A stretch of DNA of 64,000 bases from an uncultured Christensenella sp. (lineage in GTDB: Bacteria; Bacillota; Clostridia; Christensenellales; CAG-917). The stretch spans positions 60,581 through 124,580 of the forward strand of contig CAJTQT010000004.1 of assembly GCA_910578325.1 (NCBI GenBank), read 5' to 3'. The notes under the pieces are model-generated. The model worked only from the letters and a program-made list of their open reading frames with translations, had not been told where the DNA came from and ran no database searches. How positions within the stretch are numbered: the stretch's first letter is position 1; each line of letters starts with the position of its first letter. This document shows, piece after piece, positions 10,699 through 18,436 of this stretch. The translations under genes and the position numbers were made by a program.

Positions 10699-11961
10699 TC
10701 AGGCTTTAAATATTTTTACGATATCCTCGCCTTCTACGGGGGAAACGACGCTTCCGAACATTCTGTCGAAATCAAAAACGTACTTAGCCGCAGCGAGAAC
10801 GTCTTCTTTCGCAGTCCCGTCGATAGCGGCTATGCGCGCGTCGAAATCGTACAGCATACCCGTCTGAATCGCGTGCGTGCCGAAAGTACGCATCATAGCG
10901 GAGGTGCTTTCCTGTCCGAGTACGAGAGAGGTTTTGAGTTGTTCTTTTCCCTTTGCAAGTTCTTCGTCGGTTACGCCTTTTTCAAGCAACAAATCGACTT
11001 CTGCCCGAATCGCCCTGACCGCCTTTTCTACGCTTTCGGGATTCGTCGCCGTATAGATGATATACGCACCGTTATTCTCATAAGTGGACGGATATCCCAT
11101 AATCGTATAGCAAAGCCCGAGTTTTTCGCGAATGCTTTGAAACAGCCTCGACGACATCTCCATACTGAAAATCACGCTCATCAACTGCACCGAAACCGCG
11201 TTACGGTCGTTATAAGGAAACGACGGAAACGCAAACGCAACATGCGCCTGTTCTATCTGCTTTTTAGTCTTCACGTATCCGGTGTTGTCGCCCACCCTCG
11301 CTGCCTGTCGGCGCAAGTCTGGCACAGCCTTAGTAAACTTGCTTTCAAAATGCCGTTTTACGAGTTCTATCGCACTGTTTTCGGAAATATTCCCCGCAAT
11401 AGATATAACCGTATTTGACGGCGTATAATACATTTTATGATAGTTGTCAAGCGTTTTAGAAGTCATCGAAAGCAACGTTTCCTTGCTTCCGAGAATGGGT
11501 TTTTCAAGCGGATTTCCCTTGAAAAATCCTGTCAGCAAACTCTCCAGACAAACGTCGTCGGGAGAATCCTCGCTCTCGTTTATCTCCTCCATAACGACGC
11601 GGCGCTCGCGTTCCAGTTCTTCCTCCCCGAAAAGCGGATTAAGATAAATATCGCTCAAAACGTCCGCGCATTTATCCGCGTTCGTATCAAGAGATACGGT
11701 ATAAAAACAGGTATAACTCTTAGACGTAAACGCGTTTATCTGCGCGCCTATGCTGTCGATTTCGTTTACGATATCGAAACTGCTGCGCGATTTTGTGCCT
11801 TTGAACACCATATGTTCGATAAAATGAGAAATTCCCGACAGTTCGGGAGTCTCTTTAACCACTCCCGCGCCGACAAATACACCGAGCGCGACAGAGCGTA
11901 CAGCGGTGTTTTGCACCAGAACAAGTTTAAGTCCGCTTTCAAATTCAATCAATTTCTGCAT
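10699..11961 (-). CDS. M16-family zinc peptidase (pitrilysin-like)
   Basis: HxxEH zinc motif HFIEHMVFKG. The track ORF (to 12378) overextends. The homologous sequence begins at MQKLIEFESGLKL (ATG 11959-11961) or 6 codons earlier (11979). Confidence 0.8.
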   Translation of the reverse strand: MQKLIEFESGLKLVLVQNTAVRSVALGVFVGAGVVKETPELSGISHFIEHMVFKGTKSRSSFDIVNEIDSIGAQINAFTSKSYTCFYTVSLDTNADKCADVLSDIYLNPLFGEEELERERRVVMEEINESEDSPDDVCLESLLTGFFKGNPLEKPILGSKETLLSMTSKTLDNYHKMYYTPSNTVISIAGNISENSAIELVKRHFESKFTKAVPDLRRQAARVGDNTGYVKTKKQIEQAHVAFAFPSFPYNDRNAVSVQLMSVIFSMEMSSRLFQSIREKLGLCYTIMGYPSTYENNGAYIIYTATNPESVEKAVRAIRAEVDLLLEKGVTDEELAKGKEQLKTSLVLGQESTSAMMRTFGTHAIQTGMLYDFDARIAAIDGTAKEDVLAAAKYVFDFDRMFGSVVSPVEGEDIVKIFKA

Positions 11962-11967
11962 ATCAAT

Positions 11968-11995
11968 ATTGTAACACATAGTTTCGCTTCTGCAA
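11968..11995 (-). promoter_or_regulatory. putative sigma-A promoter abutting the M16 peptidase ATG (possible leaderless mRNA)
   Basis: Minus strand reads TTGCAG, 16 nt, TGtTACAAT, 6 nt, ATG. No SD precedes either candidate ATG. Confidence 0.3.
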
Positions 11996-12009
11996 ACATA
12001 TTTTGTACT

Positions 12010-12732
12010 ATGAAAGAGAGACGATTCCGTGCCTTTTGGGCTAATTTTGTCATAGCGGCGGTTCTTGCGTGCACGTTCGGCATAGCGTTCACCGCCGCGC
12101 TTCCCGTAAGTGAAACTACCCAGCCCGTCAACAACGCGATTTACGAGGGCAATCAGAACGGCGGTAAAGTAGCCCTGATGTTCAATGTCTACGAAAACGC
12201 GCCCAACGTAGAAAGTATTGCGGCTATTCTGGAAGAATACGGCTTCAACGCAACGTTTTTCGTCGGAGGAAGTTGGGTTGCCAAACACCCTAATACGCTT
12301 CTTAAAGTCGCGTCCTGCGGTTTCGAAATAGGCAATCACGGATATCTTCACCGCGACCACGCCAAATTGACTATGCAACAGAATAAGGAAGAAATCCTGC
12401 TGACAGAAAGGCTTATCGACAGCGTTCTTGAAGACCTTCCCGATTACTACAACTGCAAGTTATTCGCACCGCCCAGCGGAAGTATAGGCACAGTTATGTT
12501 CGAAGCGTGCAAGCAACTCGAATACAAGGTCATAATGTGGTCGAGAGATACCATAGACTGGCGCGACCACGACGCCGACATAATATACGAACGCGCGATA
12601 AAAGATATCAAAGCGGGGGATTTGATTCTTATGCACCCCACCGATTGCACAGTCGACGCTCTGCCCCGCATACTCGAATATATCAAGTCCGCAAATCTCA
12701 GCGCCGACACCGTAAGCAACGTCATAGACTAA
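12010..12732 (+). CDS. polysaccharide deacetylase family protein (NodB homology; YlxY/PdaB-like)
   Basis: N-terminal signal anchor, then ALMFNVYENA...FFVGGSWV...GNHGYLHRDH...MWSRDTIDW...ILMHP, which are NodB-domain motifs. Only the C-terminal 240 aa of track ORF 11437..12732 is credible. Confidence 0.8.
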   Translation: MKERRFRAFWANFVIAAVLACTFGIAFTAALPVSETTQPVNNAIYEGNQNGGKVALMFNVYENAPNVESIAAILEEYGFNATFFVGGSWVAKHPNTLLKVASCGFEIGNHGYLHRDHAKLTMQQNKEEILLTERLIDSVLEDLPDYYNCKLFAPPSGSIGTVMFEACKQLEYKVIMWSRDTIDWRDHDADIIYERAIKDIKAGDLILMHPTDCTVDALPRILEYIKSANLSADTVSNVID

Positions 12733-12782
12733 TTGATTATTAACTTTACGCAGGCATTTAAAACATAATCGTAAACAAATGG

Positions 12783-12807
12783 AAACGCGCCGTAAGAGCG
12801 CGTTTTT
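12783..12807 (+). terminator. rho-independent terminator after the deacetylase gene
   Basis: AAACGCGC cgtaaga GCGCGTTT followed by TT. Confidence 0.55.
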
Positions 12808-12820
12808 AATTGCATATATG

Positions 12821-12880
12821 AAAACCCCCGTCTGAAATCTGCGAGCGAGCATATTGCTCGCGGCAGTAAATAGACAGGGG
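12821..12880 (-). terminator. compound hairpin terminator downstream of pnp
   Basis: Outer stem CCCCTGTCT/AGACGGGGG (one bulge) encloses inner stem GCGAGC/GCTCGC. On the minus strand it is followed by TTTTC. Confidence 0.5.
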
Positions 12881-12905
12881 CTTGATTCAATCGCTAAAAT
12901 CGTTC

Positions 12906-15020
12906 TTACGCTTTGCGGACGACCTCTTTAAGGCGAAGGTCAACTCTGTGCTTTTCGTCAATCTTGATAACTTTTACGATTACGATATCGCCTACGTTGA
13001 CGACGTCGGTCACTCTCTCGACGCGCTCGGTAGAAAGTTTGGAGATATGAATCATTCCATCCTTACCGGGAGCAAAATTTACGCTTGCGCCGAACTGCCC
13101 CTTGTCGTTTTCCATAATCTTTGTAACGATACCTTCGTACACGTCGCCGATTTCGACGTCGCGCACAATCGTCTCGATAATGGAGCGCGCTTTCTTTATT
13201 GCGCTGTCGTCGTTTGACGCAACAAATACGGTCCCTTCGTCGTTGATATCGATTTTGACGCCCGTATCTTCGATAATCTTATTGATTGTCTTTCCGCCTT
13301 TACCTATTATATCGCCGAGTTTATCGGGATCAACCGAGAAAGAAACGATTTTGGGCGCCCACTTGCTCAGTTCGGGACGCGCTTCGGGAAGCGTGGCAAG
13401 CATCTTATCGAGTATTTCCAATCTGCCGATTCTCGCCTGTTCAAGGGCCTTCGTGAGGATATTTTCATCAATGCCTTTGATTTTGATGTCCATCTGAATT
13501 GCGGTGATACCTTTGGTTGTACCCGCAACCTTGAAATCCATATCGCCGAGGAAGTCTTCAAGTCCCTGTATATCGGAAAGGACCGCCACTTTGCCTTGCT
13601 CCTCGTTTTTGATAAGTCCCATTGCGATACCTGCGACGGGAGCCTTGATCGGAACGCCTGCGTCCATAAGAGCGAGCGTACTGCCGCATACGGAAGCCTG
13701 AGAAGTGGAACCGTTTGAACTGAGAATATCGGATACAGTACGGATTGCGTACGGGAATTCCTCTTCGCTGGGAAGCACGGGTTCGAGAGCGCGTTCCGCA
13801 AGTGCGCCGTGACCGATTTCACGTCTGCCGGGGCTCTTCAAGGATTTCGCCTCGCCTGTCGAATAACCGGGCATATTGTACTGATGCATATATCTCTTGT
13901 AGAAGTCGTCGTCAAGACCTTCGAGTCTCTGCGCTTCGGAAATCGTACCGAGCGTGCAGGTTGTCATTGCCTGCGTCTGACCTCTTGTAAAGATTGCACT
14001 GCCGTGAACACGGGGAAGCATACCGACTTCGCACCAAATGGGGCGGATTTCGGTGAGACTTCTGCCGTCGGGACGAACGCCGTCGACAAGTATCTTTGCG
14101 CGGACTTTTTCCTTTTTGAGATAGTAGAGGCTGTCCAGAATAAACTTGACTTTTTTGGGAACGTCGTTAAACTCGTCTACGAAATGCGCAAGCACGTCTT
14201 CGTTAAGAGCGTCTTCTCTCTCTTCGCGCTCGTAACGGTCAAACGCTTCGAGAACGTAGTCCATCTTCTTATCCGCATAAGCGCGGACTGCCGCATCGAT
14301 GTCCTCGGGAATATGTTCGAGTTCGATATCGAGTTTAGCCTTGCCGACTTCCGCCTGAATGCCTTCGATAAACGCTACTATTCTCTTTATTTCCTCGTGT
14401 CCGAACATAATCGCGCCGAGCATTTCCTGTTCGGTGATTTCGTTCGAGCCTGCCTCAACCATCATTATAGCGTCTTTCGTGCCGCTGAGGTTGAGCGTAA
14501 GTCTGGATTTTGCGCGCTGTTCGGTATCGGGGTTGATGACGTACTGTCCGTCAACCAAACCGACTACGACGGAGCCGGTAGGACCTGCCCACGGTATATC
14601 GGATATCGAAAGCGCAACGGACGAACCTATCATTCCGAAAACTTCGGGAGGCGTGTTCGTGTCAACCGAAAGCACGGTTGCGATAACCGTTACGTCGTTG
14701 TAAATGCCCTTCGGAAACAAAGGACGTATGGGACGGTCTATAAGACGCGAGGTGAGTATCGCTTTGTCGCTTGCTCTGCCCTCTCTCTTTTTAAATCCTC
14801 CGGGGATTTTTCCGATAGCATACATTTTTTCTTCATAGTCCACGCTGAGGGGGAAGAAATCCATTCCGTCGCGGGGCGTTTTGGACATAGTCGCGTTGAC
14901 CATAACCACCGTATCGCCGCAACGTACTATGCACGAGCCGTTTGCCTGACCGCAGTATGCGCCGGTTTCAACGACGAGTTCCTTTCCGCCGACTGTTGTC
15001 TTGAAAATTTTTCTTTCCAT
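12906..15020 (-). CDS. pnp: polynucleotide phosphorylase
   Basis: Two RNase PH domains, a KH domain (IGKGGKTINKI) and an S1 domain. rpsO-pnp synteny. Confidence 0.97.
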   Translation of the reverse strand: MERKIFKTTVGGKELVVETGAYCGQANGSCIVRCGDTVVMVNATMSKTPRDGMDFFPLSVDYEEKMYAIGKIPGGFKKREGRASDKAILTSRLIDRPIRPLFPKGIYNDVTVIATVLSVDTNTPPEVFGMIGSSVALSISDIPWAGPTGSVVVGLVDGQYVINPDTEQRAKSRLTLNLSGTKDAIMMVEAGSNEITEQEMLGAIMFGHEEIKRIVAFIEGIQAEVGKAKLDIELEHIPEDIDAAVRAYADKKMDYVLEAFDRYEREEREDALNEDVLAHFVDEFNDVPKKVKFILDSLYYLKKEKVRAKILVDGVRPDGRSLTEIRPIWCEVGMLPRVHGSAIFTRGQTQAMTTCTLGTISEAQRLEGLDDDFYKRYMHQYNMPGYSTGEAKSLKSPGRREIGHGALAERALEPVLPSEEEFPYAIRTVSDILSSNGSTSQASVCGSTLALMDAGVPIKAPVAGIAMGLIKNEEQGKVAVLSDIQGLEDFLGDMDFKVAGTTKGITAIQMDIKIKGIDENILTKALEQARIGRLEILDKMLATLPEARPELSKWAPKIVSFSVDPDKLGDIIGKGGKTINKIIEDTGVKIDINDEGTVFVASNDDSAIKKARSIIETIVRDVEIGDVYEGIVTKIMENDKGQFGASVNFAPGKDGMIHISKLSTERVERVTDVVNVGDIVIVKVIKIDEKHRVDLRLKEVVRKA

Positions 15021-15276
15021 AATTTACTCCTGTTCTGGGAATTCCGTCATTCCCTATTTTATTTTTATATTATCTGCTGTCGCAGTAATTTCTATAATCC
15101 GTGAATAGTGCGGATTTCAAAAACAATAAATTTTGTTTTTGCGTCAGACGCCAATCATAACGGTACGCAAAATCGCATAGTGCGGGATTTGTTTTGAGCG
15201 CAAACCACGCAAGGCGCAGAACCTAAGCGTGAATTGCCGCATTTTGCGAAATGCAATTATGATATACGCATCAGCG

Positions 15277-15312
15277 TCAAAAGAGTGCGGAAAAGAATTC
15301 CGCATTCTTTTT
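15277..15312 (-). terminator. rpsO terminator / attenuator ahead of the pnp leader
   Basis: Stem TGCGGAA/TTCCGCA, extendable to 11 bp with one mismatch, immediately after the rpsO stop. A T-run follows on the minus strand. Confidence 0.6.
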
Positions 15313-15319
15313 GTTTGTT

Positions 15320-15583
15320 TTATTTTCTCAAACCGAGCGAACTGACGATTGCGCGGTATCTCTCGATGTCGGTATCCTTCAAGTAGTTGAGCAAACTTCT
15401 TCTGTGACCGACCATCATCAGCAAGCCTCTGCGGCTGTGGTGATCTTTGTGGTGCACTTTAAGGTGCTCGGTGAGTTCCGAAATACGCTTTGTGAGAAGC
15501 GCGATTTGCACTTCGGGAGAACCGGTGTCGCCCTCGCTGCGCGCATAGGTTGCTATAATCTGTTGTTTTGTTTCCTTATCCAT
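15320..15583 (-). CDS. rpsO: 30S ribosomal protein S15
   Basis: 87 aa containing [43 protein letters not shown]. Confidence 0.95.
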   Translation of the reverse strand: MDKETKQQIIATYARSEGDTGSPEVQIALLTKRISELTEHLKVHHKDHHSRRGLLMMVGHRRSLLNYLKDTDIERYRAIVSSLGLRK

Positions 15584-15673
15584 TGATTTAACCTCCTTCG
15601 TTGGATAAATAATTCGCTTCCAACCAAGTAAGAACTCAGAGACTGTCCGAACCTCGTCGAAAGTACGATAGTT

Positions 15674-15702
15674 ATATTATCACATTTGAATTACAAAGTA
15701 AA
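15674..15702 (-). promoter_or_regulatory. putative sigma-A promoter of rpsO
   Basis: Minus strand reads TTTACT, 17 nt, TAATAT. It would give a roughly 85-nt leader containing a GTTGGA...TCCAAC hairpin next to the SD. Confidence 0.45.
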
Positions 15703-15774
15703 ACATTTTTAAATACATTTATTACATTAATTAAGTGTGCTTTAATCTGTGTGAACACTCAAAAATTCATTCTA

Positions 15775-16260
15775 TCAATTCGACTTATTTGTCCATTCAA
15801 GCGTAAAATATTGCGACGTTGTCAAAATCATCGTTCCGTCAAAATCACCGCTTTCATCGTCAATAATATGTACCGTAGCGCTGTCATCATCATAATCTTC
15901 TATAATGCCGCGTGCTAATTCCGTCTCGTCATAATCATAAAAAGCGACCACTGAAGAGTTATTCTTTAAAAACTCAAAGACATCCTGAATACACTCCCAT
16001 TCACTAAAATTCATATTCTCATCTATCGATACGTCAGGAATATTCAGATTCTTTATATACTCCGTCCCGTATGAAACCGAACAGATAAAATCTATCGGAA
16101 TCATAGCATACTTGCTGAAAGCCCCGTCTTTCCCAAAACATATTACAAAAATGCTATGTGCATTCGTATGAAAAATAACACCCACGTCAAACGTTTGCAA
16201 ATCATTGTCGGAACGTATTTCACATACAGTTTTATCATCTATTAATTTTTTAAAATCCAT
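15775..16260 (-). CDS. hypothetical acidic protein (161 aa), no family recognised
   Basis: ATG with SD AGGGGGG 8 nt upstream, 14 nt downstream of the hemZ stop. Visibly AT-richer than its neighbours. No TM segment or signal peptide. Confidence 0.6.
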   Translation of the reverse strand: MDFKKLIDDKTVCEIRSDNDLQTFDVGVIFHTNAHSIFVICFGKDGAFSKYAMIPIDFICSVSYGTEYIKNLNIPDVSIDENMNFSEWECIQDVFEFLKNNSSVVAFYDYDETELARGIIEDYDDDSATVHIIDDESGDFDGTMILTTSQYFTLEWTNKSN

Positions 16261-16274
16261 ATTCTATTCCCCCC

Positions 16275-17684
16275 TTATTTCCAGAACTCACGCTGCCTCT
16301 CGAGCATCATATCTATATTTTTGATATATTCAAGCGGCTCTTTGTAGTTTGCACACCGCGTAATCAAATTTATCTTTCTGTCTATTTTCTTTGAAATTCC
16401 GTTCGCGCCGTTGGCAATTATAGGCGTGTCCTCTTCCATTATGTCAATGTTATACAGACACTCCTTGCCAACCTTTGCATAACCTACGTTTTCAAGATTG
16501 CCGCTCGTGTATTTCTGTCTGTACATATAATACGGGACGTACCCCGCCTCAGTCAACTTCTTATATGCGTAGTCCACCATTCTTGATGCGGTAGCGCAGT
16601 CGGTGTTGTCATACCCGTCGAGTTTGAGCGCGGAACCCTTTTTGAGATAGAGAGTATGTACGGTTATGTTTTCCGGCGAAAGCGCGACGGCGGTGTCCAG
16701 ACTGTATTTGAAATCCTCAAACGTTTCATCAGGAAGCATCGCAATCAAATCCATATTTACGTCAAGTCTTCCCCTTGCGCAGGCAAAGGCGTTGACGGTG
16801 TCGCCTACCTTATGCTGTCTGCCGATTTTTTCAAGCGTGCGCGCGTTGAACGTCTGCGGATTGACGGAGATTCTTGTTACTCCGTGCTTTAACAGCATTT
16901 TCACGGTTTCGTCGTCGATAGTGTCGGGACGCCCGGCCTCCACCGTAAACTCCTTTGCGCCGAAATGACAGTGTTCAAGAATCCTGTCAAGCATCTGCGG
17001 ACCTATCGATGTAGGCGTCCCGCCTCCTATATACACCGCTCTGACTTTCCATTTTTTTTGCTTTATAAGTTGCCTTGTCTGTTCGAGTTCGCGTATAAGA
17101 CAGTCCACGTACGGCTCAACAAGTTTTTTCTGTCTGCTCAGCGGCAGACTGACGAACGAGCAATACGCGCATTTCGTAGGACAAAACGGAATAAACACAA
17201 ACACGTCGTATTCGTTTGCCGACTTCTTTCGCAAAGGCGTCTGTACGGCTACGGTCTTTTCTATCAGAGCAACTTTCTCCTCGCTTACGCCGTAGTCGTT
17301 TAAAAACACCTCTCTTGCGGATTTTCCGTAACTCTCTCGGTCATTCTGTATTTCGGTAAACAGTTTAGTGGGACGTATACCCGTAAGACATCCGTAAGGA
17401 AGTTCCACTCCCGTAAGGAAGCAGAGCGTGCGGTAAACAGCGATTTTCAGATACCTCTTTTCAACGCGTTTGCGAACAAGATTATCACATTCCTTAATCG
17501 GGTAATAGAAATTTTTCTTAAAACCGTCGTATCTGTCCGAACTCACCGTAACTCTGAAAACGCCGTCGCGAACGGCGTAATCCAGATTCAGAGAAATATC
17601 CTCGCCGTACGCGCTTTCGAACAGTCGGATAAGTTCCGCCAAATCGTTGAGATATTCTGTGTTGCTTACTGAAAAATTTATCAT
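16275..17684 (-). CDS. hemZ: radical-SAM coproporphyrinogen-dehydrogenase-like protein (HemZ/HemN family)
   Basis: CxxxCxxC motif CPTKCAYCSF, GGGTPT, a HemN-like C-terminal region and an extra roughly 150-aa N-domain typical of HemZ. Confidence 0.8.
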   Translation of the reverse strand: MINFSVSNTEYLNDLAELIRLFESAYGEDISLNLDYAVRDGVFRVTVSSDRYDGFKKNFYYPIKECDNLVRKRVEKRYLKIAVYRTLCFLTGVELPYGCLTGIRPTKLFTEIQNDRESYGKSAREVFLNDYGVSEEKVALIEKTVAVQTPLRKKSANEYDVFVFIPFCPTKCAYCSFVSLPLSRQKKLVEPYVDCLIRELEQTRQLIKQKKWKVRAVYIGGGTPTSIGPQMLDRILEHCHFGAKEFTVEAGRPDTIDDETVKMLLKHGVTRISVNPQTFNARTLEKIGRQHKVGDTVNAFACARGRLDVNMDLIAMLPDETFEDFKYSLDTAVALSPENITVHTLYLKKGSALKLDGYDNTDCATASRMVDYAYKKLTEAGYVPYYMYRQKYTSGNLENVGYAKVGKECLYNIDIMEEDTPIIANGANGISKKIDRKINLITRCANYKEPLEYIKNIDMMLERQREFWK

Positions 17685-17703
17685 CGGAATCCTTGTGCTC
17701 CCT

Positions 17704-18363
17704 TCATTCGGTCATAACGAAGTCGGAGCCTTTTTCGTACAGCACGGGGTTATGCGCGCGTTCGGTTTCGAGCGAAGTCTTTGCGCCGTGCCCCGAAAGC
17801 ACGGTATAGTCGCCGTGAAGGTTGAACAGTTTGTTTACAATCGAATTCTTTATTTCGGCAAAACTTCCGTCATAAAAATCCGTCCTGCCGTATCCCCCTG
17901 CAAACAGTGTATCGCCGCAGAAAACAGTATCTTCCGCAACGTAGCAAACGCCGCCTCTCGTATGTCCGGGAGTATGCAAAACTTTCAACATTACGCCCGC
18001 AACCGTCAGACTTTCGCCGCCTTTAAGAAGAACGTCGGGAATAAACGGTTCCACCTTTGCGCCGACGGCAAAACCCATATTTTTATAAGAAGAAATTTTA
18101 TCTCTGTCTTCGCTATGCAGAAACACCGTTACGTTTCCGTTGCCGCGCGCTTGCGAAAGTTCCTGAAGAGCGGCGACCGCGCCTATATGATCGAAGTGTG
18201 CGTGCGTGAGCAAAACTGCTTCTATAACTGTGTTTTGTTCCTCTGCAAGCGCATAAATCATTTCGGCATTTCCGCCGGGGTCCACAACAAAAGCCCTTCC
18301 GCCGTTAACCGCGACGTATGTGTTTGTCTGCATCTGAGAGGTAATTAATGTGTATATCCTCAT
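17704..18363 (-). CDS. MBL-fold metallo-hydrolase (glyoxalase II-like)
   Basis: THAHFDHIG, HTPGHTRG, GDTLF and GHG motifs. The credible start is MRIYTL (ATG 18361-18363). The upstream part of the track ORF overlaps relA. Confidence 0.8.
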   Translation of the reverse strand: MRIYTLITSQMQTNTYVAVNGGRAFVVDPGGNAEMIYALAEEQNTVIEAVLLTHAHFDHIGAVAALQELSQARGNGNVTVFLHSEDRDKISSYKNMGFAVGAKVEPFIPDVLLKGGESLTVAGVMLKVLHTPGHTRGGVCYVAEDTVFCGDTLFAGGYGRTDFYDGSFAEIKNSIVNKLFNLHGDYTVLSGHGAKTSLETERAHNPVLYEKGSDFVMTE

Positions 18364-18436
18364 AAATTTCTGCTTTTTGCCGCCTTTTAGAATAGTTTTA
18401 CAAGTTTTGCACTTTTTTAGAATACTATGAGCATGT

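Noticed and set aside
11962-12378. N-terminal 139 aa of track ORF 10699..12378, and the first 191 aa of track ORF 11437..12732
   Set aside because: These are overextensions through the divergent promoter region into the neighbouring gene. Homology to M16 peptidases and NodB deacetylases starts only at the internal ATGs.
13809-15104. 431-aa plus-strand ORF opposite pnp
   Set aside because: Same antisense-shadow phenomenon. It lies fully inside pnp in the aligned frame and has no recognisable domain.
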